Assembly: GCA_951406725.2 (NCBI GenBank)
Contig: OX597818.1
Span: forward strand, 70,990,001 to 71,054,000
DNA length: 64,000 bases
Origin: Octopus vulgaris
Lineage: Eukaryota
Direction: 5' to 3'
A program made the position numbers and the translations under genes. Position 1 is the first letter of the stretch; every line of letters starts with the position of its first letter. This document shows, one piece after another, positions 1 to 14,254 of the stretch. Below the pieces are notes generated by a model that did no database searches, was not told the DNA's origin, and saw only the letters and a program-made list of their open reading frames with translations.

Positions 1-144
1 GAAGCACGATATAAAAATAAAAGTACTGAATAATAATAATAATGTCACAAGAGAAGGCACCACTTGAAACCTTTAGTGATTTGTTATTGGTTGCTTTCAA
101 GTAAAGAATAACCAGTAACTAAGAACTATCCGAGAGTCTGTCAG

Positions 145-193
145 AATAACAATAATAATAATAATTATGATAATAATAATAATAATAATAATG

Positions 194-227
<34 letters not shown>

Positions 228-300
228 TAATAAAAATGATGATGATGATGACAATGATGATGGTGATGGTGATGATGATGATTATTAATTATATTATTAG
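145..300. repeat. (TAA)n/(GAT)n microsatellite
   Basis: Directly visible trinucleotide runs; source of the poly-I/Y/H ORFs. Confidence 0.95.
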
Positions 301-398
301 TCATAAGGGCTTATATAAAACAACATTAAATGACATGCAGCAACATAAAATCAAAAATGGGACAATACAATGGGTTTTTTCAGCATGTAAACAATAAA

Positions 399-1798
399 TC
401 ATCATCATCATCATCGTTTAACGTCCGCTTTCCATGCTAGCATGGGTTGGACGATTTTAACTGAGGGCTGGCAAACCAGATGGCTGCACTAGGCTCCAAT
501 CTTGATTTGGCAGAGTCTCTACAGCTGGATGCCATTCCTAATGCCAACCACTCCGAGAGTATAGTGGGTGCTTTTTACATGCCACCGGCATGGGGGCCAG
601 TCAGGCAGTACTGGCAACGAGCTCGCTCAAATCCTTTTACACATGCCCCCCGGCACAGATGCCAGTAAGGTGACTTTGGTAATGATCACACTCAAATGGT
701 GCCCTTTTACGTGCCACTGGCACAGAAGCCAGTTGGCTGCTCTAGCAATGATCACGCTCGGATGGTGCTCTTGGCACCCTGCTAGCACGGGCACAAGTGC
801 CAGTAAGGCGACGCTGCTAACGATCACGCTCAAATGGTGCCCTTTAAGTGTCACTGACACAGAAGCCGGTTAGCTGCTCTGTCAACGATCACACTCGTAT
901 GGTGCTCTTTGCACCCTGCTACCATGGACACCAGTCATCGAATTTGATTTTGATTTTGCTTTTGATTGATTTGATTTCGCTTGCCTCAACAGGTCTTCGC
1001 AAGCAGAGTTTTAGGAAAAGGTACGCATAAGTGGGCTGGTTACGCCCCTGGCATAGGTCATGAGATTATGGTTTCATTTGGCTTGCTGGGTCTTCTCATG
1101 CATGGCATATTTCCAAAGGTCTCGGTCACTAGTCATTACCTTGGTGAGGCCTAAAGTTCGAAGGTCATGCTTCACCACTTCATCCCAGCTCTTCCTGGGT
1201 CTACCTCTTCCACAGATTCCCTCAACCGCTAGGGTGTGGCACTTTTTCACACAGCTGTCCTCGTCCATTCTTGCCACATGACCATACCAGAGCATGCATC
1301 TCTCTTGCACACCACATCTGATGCTTCTTAGGTCCAACTTACATTCTGTCGAGTATGCACACTGACATTACACATCCATCAGATCATACTGGCTTCATTT
1401 CTTGTGAGCTTACGCATGTCCTCAGCAGTCACAGCCCATGTTTCACTGCCATGTAGCATGACTGTTTGTACACATGCGTCATACAGTCTACCTTTTACTC
1501 TGAGCGAGAGGCCCTTTGTCACCAGCAGAGGTAAGAGCTCTCTGAACTTTGCCCAAGCTATTCTTGTTCTAGCAGCTATACTTTCAGTGCATCCACCTCC
1601 GCTACTGACTTGGTCACCTAGGTAACAGAAGCTATCAACTACTTCTAGTTTTTCTCCCTGGAATGTGGCAGAAGTTGGTCTCTGCACATTTTCAGTGTTT
1701 ATTGCTCCCAAGCATCTGCCACATACAAAAACTTTCTTCCCAGTTAGCCTCCCTTTGATATTACTGCACCTCTTATGTGTCCATTGGTTACACTGGGT
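399..1798 (-). mobile_element. RTE-clade LINE, 5'-truncated 3' part with repeat-bearing 3' UTR and (GAT)n tail
   Basis: Minus ORFs 1379-1825 (FCYLGD, AWAKFREL, MLHGSETW) and 1074-1337 (WYGHVARM, GRGRPRKSW) are typical RTE C-terminal motifs. 400-950 is the 3' UTR with ~60-bp tandem units ending in (GAT)n. Confidence 0.9.
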
Positions 1799-2039
1799 AA
1801 AAATTAAACAAATTAAAACTCCCAATAGGGAAGCACTCTAAGGTCCTCGTGGAAAAACCCACAAAAGCTATGGCTGCCTGATCAACAGGGCAAAAGCCCT
1901 TCTCCTTTAATTCCTTTTTTTACCGGTTTATGAGCAGAATTGGTCCTTTCACACTGGCCTTTCTTCCAACATTCACCCACCTTTCAACAAACTTGCTAGA
2001 AGGCAACACTTTCCTCTCCACCCTATCCCAAACCCTAAC

Positions 2040-2990
2040 CCAAAGTAAGGAAACCCTCCTTGTGACAGTTAAGAATGAGAGAGTATTGAGAGCAGAAACA
2101 AAAGGGAATAGAAAGGAAGAAGTGCAAAAAAGGATATGAAGAAGAATTATGCAAGAAGGAACTACACAATCGATTCCATGGAGCTACAACAGAAGTTGCT
2201 GGAAAACAGAGGTGGGATTGGCTAAAGAAAGGAACACTGGAAAAAGAGACTGAGAGCATTATACTGGCAGTGTAAGACCAAGCTTTGGCCATGGATTGGA
2301 GGGTCAACCTTTGGAATGAGCAAGTGTCTCTGCTCTGCTGCATCTGTAGAAGAGTGGATGAAACCATTGCCCATATCATGAACAAATGCCATAGACTTGT
2401 CCAAAACCACAATCAGGTAGCGAAAGTGCTACATTGGAAACTGTGCAAAAAGTGGGGTCTAGAGGGAGGCAAGACGTGGTATGATCACCAACTGCAGAGA
2501 GTGGTGGCATTGGAGACTAGCAAAATCCTGTGGGGATTTTCCAATCAAAGCATATCAGGGGCTTGAGCATAACAAACCAGACCTAGTGGTAGTGTATATG
2601 ATGCACCATATATGCTATATAGTTGATGTTGCATGCCCCTTTCACCCACAAATACTCAAGAAGGAAGGCAAAAAGATAGATAGATACAACCCTCTTAAGT
2701 ACAAAATAGCCCACCCGTGGAAAATGAAGAAGGTGAAGATAGTACCAATTATCATTGGGTCCTTGGGAACAGTTTCCGAGGGCATCAAGGAGAATATAAA
2801 GGAAATTGGAATAGAGTGTCCAGTAGAACTGTTACAAAAGGTTTGCCTCCTCGGCATGGCCAGAATAATCAGGAAAGTATTATATAGCTGAAAAGAATGG
2901 ATAGCTTGGTACTGTGGGCTGCAGGTAGCAAGCCAGCTATGCATATAAGACTCCAGGAGCTCCAACAAAACCTGTGATAAAGATAAATAA
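2040..2990 (+). mobile_element. R4/Dong-like non-LTR retrotransposon 3' fragment (CCHC knuckle + restriction-like endonuclease)
   Basis: CCICRRVDETIAHIMNKC, HNQVAKVLHWKLC, HNKPDLVVV..YIVDVACP, IVPIIIGSLG motifs, with stops and frameshifts. Confidence 0.85.
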
Positions 2991-3164
2991 TATGATTAAA
3001 AACATCCAGACAAATCCATAAACAAACACTGGGACTTACGAATGTGTATAACACACAGAAAGTAACACTACCAGGCACTGTGCACGTTGTACATGAAGCA
3101 CTTTCACTACAGTGACAATAATAGCACCACAACAAACCACATACTCAAGACATGCAAAGCTGTG

Positions 3165-3444
3165 CTCAGTAAAGGTCATGCCTATAATATTTGGTTGATT
3201 GGGAAGAGTAAGCCAAGATGTAGACAAATTACTGAGGGAGATTGAAATAGAATGCCCAGTAGAGCTCCTTCAGAAAGTTTGTCTGTTAGGGACAGCAAAG
3301 ATTGTCAGGAGGGTTCTAAGCACTTGAAAGACTGCTAGAAACTTGTGGATACCTAAGGTTACAGATAGTAGCCATCTATCTGCATAATTCCTACCAGGAA
3401 TAAGACCAAACCTGAGCCAAGCCATAATAATAATAATAATAATG

Positions 3445-3500
<56 letters not shown>
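3165..3500 (+). mobile_element. Second R4/Dong-like 3' end followed by (TAA)n
   Basis: gaaatagaatgcccagtagagctccttcagaaagtttgtctg resembles 2805-2850, then runs into a (TAA)n tract at 3424-3500. Confidence 0.75.
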
Positions 3501-3502
<2 letters not shown>

Positions 3503-6059
3503 AGGAGATGACAAAACATTGGTGATTGGCAATATTCACTGCTGAAGCAAACTCACTCACACATGCAAGCACAATGAAACATAAAAATAAGACAGAGATT
3601 GTAATGTGTAATTGTAATAAGTTTGCATATATTTGGGTCTCTCATTTAGTATGTTTGCTCTTAGCATCTCTCTATTTAATCCTACAGCCCCTGAAATAGC
3701 CAATCATTCACTCTCTCTCCTGTTCATTGTGCCACACCACCCATGTTACGAAGAATAACATATGTTCTCCTTTTTTAAGATGTATGATTTGAGAGAGAAG
3801 GAGAAACCAGAAATAGATTTTATACAAAATATTTTAAAAGGATTTTATCTTTTTAATTATACACAAAATTATTTTTTTGCACTTGTATTTTTTGAGTTTG
3901 AAAGAGTTAATTCTATGCTAAAGAGACAGCACACAATCTCCCAATCAGGTTTGCTTTGTACTTCCTAAGAAGGCAAAACAAAATGTTATATTGTAATATC
4001 AAAGGAATATTCATTGATTTATGATAGGAGCTATATTGTTTTGAAGCAATGTTATTGATAATCTAAGAGTTACAAAACTCTACGATAAAACTCAATTATG
4101 TTCCTTGATATAAGATATCTAAACATTCAAAATCCAATATGTTAAAATTAGGTCTTTTGTGATGATATATGAAACGTTGCTTTTCTTCATATTTCATAAC
4201 ATACCTGATATTTTTATGTAAACAATATGCAAAATAGAATATTATGTGTCATACTGTAGATATATTTATTGTACAAACCATGGTATAAAACCTTAACTAT
4301 CCTGTTTTGTGTCATATAGCACTCGTGAAATATAACGTTCTCCACACAAATCAATGTTATTGTGATTTATGATCATCATCATCATAAAATACAATAGAAA
4401 TTAAGGCAGAAAACATTTAAGCAACAAAATACTAAAATTTTACATCATATGTGAGTAGAAGAGAGATTTACTAAAAATGACCAAAGAACCTACTCTGGGA
4501 TAAATAGTTAACTCTTTCATGTTCAAAGGTATTTGTCAATGACTGACCAACCCAATTAACTGTTAAAATTTCCTCAGATAATCTGGTATCCAATCTTGGC
4601 AGCAACATAAACTGGGGTTATGAATTAACTGTTAAGAGTCTTATGTAGTTTATATTAGACATATATCCACCATATTTGACAGACACAGAAAAAAACCAAC
4701 TGGTCTCACTGACAGGATTTCATGCATTTATCTGTCAATTGCATTAAAATCTTAGTAGTTAGTTAATAATTTGGTTCATTGCTAACATCAAAATAAAGGG
4801 GAACACATCACTACATCAGAATAATCTTTCTGCTAGCACAAAATGATTGTTCAACTATTTTGTGAAGTAAAAATAAGAAACAATTGTAGAAACCTTAATT
4901 TGAAAAGGCAGAATGACAAGTATTCGATGGTGTAATTAGCTATGCATTCACTTGGTAAACAATAGATAAGGGGATCAAATACTGGCAATGGGCCTGTTTG
5001 AGTATTGTCAGTGTAAAATTAGTGATTATAATATGTTTTCTTTCCATGTTGGCATGAGCTGGATGGGATCTGCTTCATCATATTATTTTATCCTTTGTGA
5101 GAATTCAGCCTTCTGAGAGCAGCTATTGGCACTGATTTCCATGTCTTCTTTCATCTTGCTTCTTCCATGCAGACTAAGGAGTCGACTTGGGTTTACTTGA
5201 CCGGTTTTCACCTAAATATCATCCTTCAATGATCAAGTTTCCTATGCCATTAGTAAGAATTCCTGTTTCCCACTCCTGTAGAAATAGGATTCCCATTGAT
5301 GTTCCCTTTATTGTTATAGTTTAACCCCTGATCAAGCAAACCTATGTTAAACATTCTCATCATAAAAATCCTTCCTATTTTCAAGCATAGTATATGCAGG
5401 ACTGCATTAACTATAAGGATTATAGGGTGATACAGTTATGACCATCCTGTCTTTTCTTAAAAGGTATCTAGGACTACATTATTCAATATGACCTTCTGGT
5501 TGGAGGTGCAGTTTGAAGAAAATTTGCATGCGCTTTCCAGCAAGATGAGTATCTACATACATAGTCCCCCGTTGTCTTGTTATACCATGTAAAATGCAAA
5601 TTTTTTAAGTGGATAACGTATTGGTCAAGCTGTCCATATGTGGAGAGTAAAAATCTGCAACTGATTGTTCTGATGTGTCAGTGGACACACAAATTCCACA
5701 CACTTTACATAGTTTGCTTAAACTATCAAGAATTCAAATTCAGATTTTCTGGAAAAATTTCATGATTAGACAGGAATCACATCCAAGAGTTAGTGTATCA
5801 TTATCTCTCATTCACTGAATCCCATGATATCGGACAAAAACCTGAAGCCCAAGAAAACTTTAGGACACTTTTAGACATAAGAGTTTATTGGAAAAGAAAT
5901 ATTGGCCCCACTATATTTGCTTGCATAGATTACATATAAGAGGGGCAAAATGAAATTTTGTCAGATTATTTATATGAAAATCTAACCCATTTTGCCTTCT
6001 ATTTTAGATTTTTCCTTCTTTAATTATTTTTTTAATGATTTATTTATCCACTTATCCAG

Positions 6060-6168
6060 ATCCTCCAGATATTACAATGAAAATAAATATTACAGGAAAA
6101 ATTAGGCAAGGAATGAATGTACAGTTAGCATGTGAGGGTTTTGCTAATCCACAACAGATTAAATGGAA
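6060..6168 (+). CDS. KIRREL: Kirre/Neph-like gene, internal exon: N-terminal half of an Ig domain (probably Ig3)
   Basis: Polypyrimidine tract + cag acceptor at 6057-6059, gtaagt donor at 6169. Reads (x)PPDITMKINITGKIRQGMNVQLACEGFANPQQIKW(K), with the B-strand Cys and ANP motif. Phase 2 end joins 21914 in frame. Not in the ORF track. Confidence 0.88.
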
Positions 6169-7189
6169 GTAAGTAGTTAAATTATTTTGTTTTTGATTTT
6201 TTCTTTGTTTTTGTTTTGTTTTGTTTTTTATATATATATTTTTCACTTCTCATACAAGTGAGATAATTAAATGACATATGTTGTTTTATCAATCCCACCA
6301 CCAAATGTTTCTTTTACAACTGGATTTTCTTCCTGCTTTTAATTGTTCAACCTTGAAGTAGAAACTAAATTTGTTATGGCCAATGATGTAAATTACAACA
6401 ACTTAGTTGTATCAGAGATGCATTTAGACTTTTATATGCCTTGCATGGTTCATGGAAACATTTGCAAAATGAATATAAAAATTATACAGAGAGAAAGAAC
6501 TTTCTAAGACACATTGTCTAACGGCAAAACAAATCTAGGTTTTAAGCAAAAAATATACAGTAGGTATATTGTATAATCTTTATAAGAGAAATGACATATA
6601 CTTGATAAATACACATCAATAAAGATTTTCTCTATCTTATGGCATTCAGACATTTTAATTTAACAAAAATTTTCCAACATCCCTCCATTTATGTATTAAA
6701 AGATGTATGCATATGCGCGCACGCACACACACGAACACACACACACACACAGTGGAAATGACAGTCTCTGTTACTTCTCAGAGTTTTATGTTTATTGCTG
6801 TTTGTATAACAACAATAAATGCAGAAGACATAGAGTTTTTGTGAATGAATTGATGTTTAGAAGTTAAAACAACACCAAAGGACATCTGATGTCTGAAAAC
6901 TTTAAAAGTAAAGTGTCTCTTGAATTCTTGATAGAATAGTAAAGTGAACTTACAATTGGTTTTGATCAGCTGAACAATAAATTAATGTATAAGTGGCTGA
7001 GTATCACACAGACAGCTTTACTCTTAACATAATTCCCAAACTGAATCTGCAGGATGCAAAAGGTGATGAGGCTGGACCTTTGAATTCAAGATACAAACAC
7101 ACCTTTAGTGATGAGAACAATCATTATTAAAATGATTGAGTTAAAAAGAAAAGGCAGGGGGATAAAACATTGAAATTTTAATTCATCCT

Positions 7190-8370
7190 CATCATCATCA
7201 TCATTTTATGTTCATCTTCCATACTGGCCTGAGTTGGATGGTTTGACAAGAACAGGCAAGTCAGAAGAATACACCAAGCTCTGCTATCTGTTTTGGCATG
7301 GTTTCTATAGCTGGATGCCCTTCCTCACATCATTCATTTTTCAGAGGGTACTTGGAGGGTACTGGGTGCTTTTTATGTGGCACCAGCAGCAGCAGCAGCG
7401 AGATCACCAAGTAACTTGCAAGGCAAGACTCCTTAACTGAGGAGGGGGGGGGGGGGGTAGTATGAGGGGAGAAAATGCTTTGCATTAGAAGAGAGACCTG
7501 GCTCCCTTAGATGGAGAAGAGACAGAGAGAGGGGAGAGAATGATGGTGAAGATGTAACAGAGAAGGGGCAGAAGCTGTACACCAAAATGACAGTGTCGTG
7601 TATATAGAGAAGTAGACCAGGATTGGAGAAAGAGGTTGGTGGGTGAAGTCAGGAGATTTTGAGAGAGAAGGGGAAGAGAAAGGGGAAGGATTTAACTGGG
7701 GCAAATCGTTGGACGCTTGAGGGAGAATGGAGGGTAGAGGTGGGTACATCTATAATGAACATGGATGGGTTGTGGGAGAGAGGTGGACATCAATAAAATA
7801 TGGATTGAGGCAGGAAAGTGAATCTGGTCTTTAACAGACCAGTGACAACTCCGGACACTGAATTCACTGCATCAAGTATGTTAACATCCAGGCTGGATGC
7901 CTTTCTTGTTGTCAATCCTCACCTGCTTCTAAGTAATCATCATCATCATCATTTTTTAAAGTCTGCTTTCCATAGTGACATGAGTTGGATTGTTTAACAG
8001 GCAGAAGGCTGCACCAGGCTTCCCCATCTGTTTTGGCACGGTTTTTACGGCTGGATGCCCTTCCTAATACCAACCCCTCCAGATTTGACTGAATGCTTTT
8101 CTTATGTGGCACCAGCACAGACGAGGTCACTTTTGGCAATCTTATTTTTATAGCTGGATATCCTTCCAAATTCCAACCATTTTACAGTGTGGACTGGATA
8201 CTTTTTATGTTCCGAGCGCATTTGGTAGAAAGAAACTGAAGGAAGCCCGTCGTATATGCGTATGTGGTTTTGCGTGTGTTTGTCCCCCACCATCGCCTGA
8301 ATACTGGTGTTGGTGTATTTACGTCCTCGTTATCTTAGCGTTATCTGCACTGGCAGAGTCACCAAGTAAC
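7190..8370 (-). repeat. Cluster of old RTE 3'-UTR and SINE fragments
   Basis: Several copies of (CAT)n...gttggatgg...gctggatgcccttcc at about 7190-7440 and 7885-8210; SINE fragment at 8215-8345. Confidence 0.7.
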
Positions 8371-8619
8371 TTACAAGACAAAGATCCTTTGAGAGGGGAT
8401 GTGACAGAAACAGGTGTCTTGCTGTAGGGGGAGATGCATGAATAAACAGTAAATAGCTGAACATGATTTAACAGGAGATTGTAAAAGAAAGACAACCTGA
8501 CACTCATTGACAAATACCAATATCACACACACATGCATATATGTGTGGATGGGTGGGTGGCTGTGTGTGTGTGTGCGTGCATGTACGCATGTATATATCA
8601 ATGTATATGTATATGTATG

Positions 8620-9190
8620 TGTTATCAATACCTGCAAAATCCTGACACCAACTGGGAACTTCCACAGAAACAGTGATGTTGACAGGCTCTACTTAGGAAG
8701 AAATGAAGGTGGTAGAGGCCTGAGACCAGTGCAGACGGCCTTCGAATGTTATATGGTGTCACTCAGGCAGCACCTGTTAAACAACAGCAGTAAAAATAAA
8801 TATATATAAATGCAGTCTTGAAAAGTGAAGTGAGCAACATTGTATGAGTTGGCAGTGAACTCCTCAAGAAACATTCCCTTCCTGATGATCTCCTATACAG
8901 CCCCAAAACAGCTGGGCTCTCTTACCTCAGAGAAGACCTGGATGGAGAGCGCTCAGCATACAGAATAAAGACTATGCAGGGTATGTTGCCTGGAAGCTTG
9001 AAGATGACAGTAGAATTGACACGAAGCACAGCCTCTCTTGGACACAAGACCACTACATTACATCCCACTGGTGGACAAGAGACAGGGATGCTCTTGTAAT
9101 CCCAAGCTGCCACTGCATGTGTCGGCTGTGTCATGTTTCTGTGGAAGACATTACGCATGTGATAAGCAGCTATCCTAAAATGTCACATCC
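8620..9190 (+). mobile_element. R4/NeSL-like RLE LINE fragment
   Basis: FHRNSDVDRLYLGRNEGGRGL and, further on, a CRLCHVSVEDITHVISS knuckle. Confidence 0.75.
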
Positions 9191-9202
9191 AGTTTGTGGA
9201 TG

Positions 9203-9238
<36 letters not shown>

Positions 9239-9809
9239 ATATATATATATTTGTTCACACACATCCACAAACTGGATGTGACATTTGCTGACCTACAGTA
9301 GAAGAGAGATGTCACCATTTTTTTCCATAGAAGTTGGAATGATTCCCTCTTTGAACTTCTCTGCATTAAAGATCTGAAATGTAAGATTTTCTGAAGCCTG
9401 ATGATAGAGGCTCGTCTCATCCAATGTTGATTGTATCCATTATGGCCACATACTGAGATAAATTACATCTGCCAGCATTATCAGGGATCTCCAAACCCCA
9501 AGAAACAGCTGTTGGTCTTATAACACCTTTCTTCCACCCCTTTTTCTCTGTCGTTTGCACTCTGTGTAAGTTGTATCTATTGATATAACTATCTGGATAT
9601 TTATACTTAAATATTCATCATCTGTAAGTCTCCACCTTTGGCTTTCTCTCGTTTTGCATGGATACATAAATACATTTTTTTTCATACCAAAACTATTATA
9701 TTTAATATATTTAATATAATTAATGTACCAAATTTGTTTATCTGCATAATTGCCTATATATATATATATAAGCATACATAAGCATATATTTACATATATA
9801 TATATATAT

Positions 9810-10355
9810 AAATATTAATAAATATAAGGGTAGCAAAAAATTCTAGAAAAAATCTCCGCTACCAGCGGTCTAGCGAGAAAGGAAAGATAGTCAAAGACTA
9901 TATAATATACATTCAAAAATATAAGAAATGGCCATAATAGGACATTCGACTCACTAGAAAGAGCAGCCAAACTCAAACCGCTAATAGTTGTAATTCTGAA
10001 ATTGAAAGAGAAAATTTAATTTATATATAGCAAGAAGTTGAGGTTATAAGAGATAATGGTGTCACTGAGACCCAAAGGTGTCAGGTAATGCTGAATAAGT
10101 GCTAGAGACAGACCATAGTTAAGTTCCAGATTCGGTGATATTGCAAATAAAGGGTTCAACGTTGGTTCTATGTCAGCGTATGTATATAAGAATTTTTTGC
10201 GTAATAAGATAAAAAAACCAAGGCTGTGTAGATATTAGAGCATTTATAGATAGAAGGTCTTATCCTAGAAACAGCTGTAAGACCTTCTATCTATAAATGT
10301 TCTAATATCTACACAGCCTTGGGTTTTTATCTTATTACGCAAAAAATTCTGATAT
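9810..10355. mobile_element. Penelope-like terminal-repeat fragment in (TA)n, with terminal inverted repeat
   Basis: Flanked by (TA)n. 10205-10262 is homologous to 58805-58864. Inverted arms about 10183-10262 and 10278-10357. Confidence 0.6.
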
Positions 10356-10384
10356 ATATATATATATATATATATACATGCACT

Positions 10385-10439
<55 letters not shown>

Positions 10440-13400
10440 TTATTAATATACATAGTATTAATCAACATTGAGATATATATTTCAAAATTTCTCAGTTTTG
10501 CATTTCTGCTGCTCATTGGTGTTAAGCAAAAATCTGAAATCCTGTTTTCTGAGGGGGAGAAGCTTCAGCTTTGAATAAATAAACTATCCTGTATGTATTG
10601 AGTACTCTACCTCTTTGTAAATTCAAACATGAGTGTGTATGTATGAATATAGACAGACAGAGAGCCAGAGTGATAGAGAGAGAAAGTAAGAGTGATAGAT
10701 AGATAGAGAGAGAGAGCGGGGGGAGACAGACAGACCCTGTTAATTTCCATTCTGTGGTTTAATGCATATTGGTTGATGTCAGTCTTCTTTGGGAAGAGAT
10801 TGATAAATCTTTGCTTTTCCATTTCATTGTGAGTGGTTGTCCATGATCCTTCTCTCCAAGAATATACCTGATTCTTGGAGACAAACAAAGAAGGAGAATT
10901 ACTGACTCTAGTTCTTGACTGGTATCCTTTATTTATTGGCCCAAGAAGGATGACAGGCATGCTGATCGTGGCAGGGTAGGAACTCGAGAGGCAAAGCATT
11001 CCATCCAAAACTATAATGGTTCTGCCATTTCACAGCCTAAGTGTGCACACACACACACGTGTGTGTACGTGTGTGTGTGTGTCTGTGTGTTTAATACTTT
11101 TGCATATGTCTACATCTCTCTACACATTTGTTTGCTTTCCTTTACTTCTCATATAAGGGCTTCCCCCACCATCACCACTGCCATTGATCCCCACCCACAC
11201 ACTGCATATCCATTATTTAATGTATATATATATATACACATATATATCTATACATACAGTATATATATATATATATATATATATTAGTTTCTATCTAATA
11301 TTCTGCCTTCCTTACTCTCCATCCCCTCCTCTCTCTCTCTCTCTCTAATCACTCTCTGTCTATCAATCTCTTTCTTCCCTCTCTTCTTTCTAATCTAATT
11401 ATTTCATGCCAACTTCATTAATTATTAATTTTATTTACACTGTGTAGCCACAATTAATTGATTCCCTCCTTTTTCTCTCTCATCATTTGTATCTTATACA
11501 CACACACACACACACATTCTGGGATCTTTATCCCAAAGGATCCATAAATATTAATCATCTGTTTTCTCCATGATTCTACTGAGCAAAGATAATCTCATAA
11601 TTTCTCTCACCTTTCTCAGTCTCATCCCCTCCCTCCTTCTCCCCCTCTCTCTCTCCCGCTCTCTCGCAAGTTTTACTCACTCGCTCTCTCATCTTATCTA
11701 TTTGTCTATCCACACATTCTTTATTACTTCATACCTGGCCACCATATATAAACTCACACACATACTAACACATACACATACACACACACATGCACACACA
11801 CGCACACACACACACACACACACACCTTGCACACAAACTAACAATCTCACATATACAATGTACACACACTGAAAATTATTACATACACTCACCCAAACAA
11901 AGGGATCTTTGTTTTCCCTACAGATCTATAAACAATAATCATGTTTTTCTCCCCGATTCTGCTGTGGTAAAATAATCCAATAATATACCCCCGTCCCCTT
12001 TCCCACACACACTTTCCTCTCCCCTCCATTTGTCTGCTAATCTACTTGTGTTACTTCATGCCTGACCATTCATGCATGCAAACATACACACACACCCCAC
12101 AGGCAAAAGTCTTTGCATGGTTACCGGAACTGCTAGAAATAGCATCAAGTTTTCCTCAATTCACAGCCTATAGTCTCACAAAAAACAAAAGAAAGCAATA
12201 ATGTGGTCCTAGCTGTACTGTTTTGGGAAAGCAATGGAATGGTTTTGCTGCTGGAATATCTTTGATTATGGCTACTTCTCGTTTCAGAACTACTTTGGGG
12301 TTAAACATCAGCAACAGCACACAACGTCTGTTGCTTCAAATTCCAGGACAGGAAGTATCCATCCATGGGTGTGCAAGCAACTTGCAAGAGAAGACAGAAT
12401 CCCCTCCACTAGGAGGGTGGGGTAGTATTGAGGGAGGTGACTGCGTGCCAATTGATGAGAGATTAAAAGAATAATAGAGGGAGGGGAGATAGATGCCTTG
12501 CTGTAGAAGAGATGCAAGGATTCCACAGTTGGAGAAGAGGAGAGAGAAAGAGAGACAGAGTAAAAGAGTATGGGAGAGATGGTGGTGGCGATGTGCCAGA
12601 ACATAATCTCAAACTAGAGAAGGATTCGTGTAAAGAACAATAGAAGTCATTATCCTGACTATCAGTCATTCTGGAATTAACAGAGTTCTAGTGAATTACT
12701 GGAGTTAATAAAGAGAGGGCCAATCAAGTTGTGAGGTTATTAAAGCACTAGTCAAATAGTGGGGTTGACAAAGAAAATACCAGCCAAATACTGGGGGTTG
12801 ATAAAGTAACAGTCAAGTAGTGATAGTTTATCAAGAGTATAAAAATTGATACAAATGACCGTTGCCTCCTCCCAAATTCCTGGTTAGGTGCCTCTGTAAG
12901 TTGTAATATTAGTAATAGTAGTAAGAACAGTGTAATTGGTAAAATTGTTAGAGTATCAAACAAAATACCTGCAGATCTTTACACTCTGAGTTCAAATCTT
13001 GATGAGGTCAACTTTGCCTTTCATCCTTTCAGTGTCACTAACATAAAATACCAGTCAACTACTGTGGTTGGTTGAATTGCTTTGATGTGTGGCCTTGTGC
13101 CTATCTTAGAAAGTAGTAGTAGTAGTTGTAGTAGTAGTAGTAGGGGGAGGAGGAGGAGGGGGAAAGAGGGACAGTAGCAGCAATGCAGCTATTTGCATTC
13201 TTGCCATTGTATAAATTACTCGTTTGATGCTCTTAGAAAAGAAGATAATTCAAACATTTAATGATGTTGACTGAAAGATTTAAGAGCTGGATGATTTTCA
13301 AAGCCTTTGAAAGTGGTTTCAAACCTCTTTGAAAGTCATGTACAACTTTCAAAGCCTCGCCACAAGCATTATGTACTGAGGCAAGGCACACAGTATTCTT

Positions 13401-13771
13401 TAAAAAAAACAAACAAACAGGTATCACACGTTCTCTGCTGGTTTGTTACTATTAATTTTGGCTCAGAGAAGCAAATTAAAAAGACCAAATAAAATTATAT
13501 GGTTTCAATAATCACATTTTATAGAATTGTTTGTGTGTGTTTTCTTTTTGGTTGTGTGTATGGTTTTGTGTGTGCTTGTGTCTGTGGGCACATTTGTGTC
13601 TCTTTAGTTCTGCGTGTGTGTATATATATATGTATGTTTATTTCTTTATGCATGTACATATGTATGCTCATATGCTAGTGCGTATCTAGGAGGACATATC
13701 TGTGCACATTACGTGCTTGTGTGTCTCAGTAACTTGGCATTTCTCTTTGTAGGTGTATGTGTAATCTGTCA

Positions 13772-13842
<71 letters not shown>

Positions 13843-14200
13843 ATGTCTGTATGTGCATCTGTTTATAAGTGGCTATATTCCCCTGTATGTGTGCATGCAT
13901 AAATGAAGGCAAGTGATTGTGTGTGTGTATTGTAGTAGAATGTATATTAGACACCAGTATGAGGTTGCTATTGTAAAAAAGCAGACATATAAAACCAGTA
14001 TGTCACAAGGCTATCCTATCAAACCAGATATATATTGTATCCACACTGACACTATATACCAACTTCTCTTCAGTATACTATTCATCTATTTCCTTATTCT
14101 TATTTATCAATTTTCCCCTATATCTACAGCTATAATCACTATTTTTTATTATTTTAGTAGACTTATTGTTATTGCTTGCTTTCAGTGTTTTTGACAGAAT

Positions 14201-14254
14201 GCAGCTCCATGTGTCTTTCAGCTCCATGTGTCTTTCAGCTCCATGTGTCTCCAT
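14201..14254. repeat. 17-bp tandem repeat, about 3 copies (cagctccatgtgtcttt)
   Basis: Directly visible. Confidence 0.9.

Noticed and set aside
119-397. Poly-His/Tyr/Ile and [12 protein letters not shown] ORFs throughout the window
   Set aside because: Translations of microsatellites.
9478-9520. Possible further hammerhead (gggat...cccc-aa-GAAA-CAGCTG-TT)
   Set aside because: The 3' half resembles the motif, but the CUGANGA box and stem I are missing; at best a decayed remnant.
10700-12700. Possible GIY-YIG/Penelope remnants at about 10740-11030 and 12220-12420
   Set aside because: Only vague similarity; too decayed to call without a profile search.
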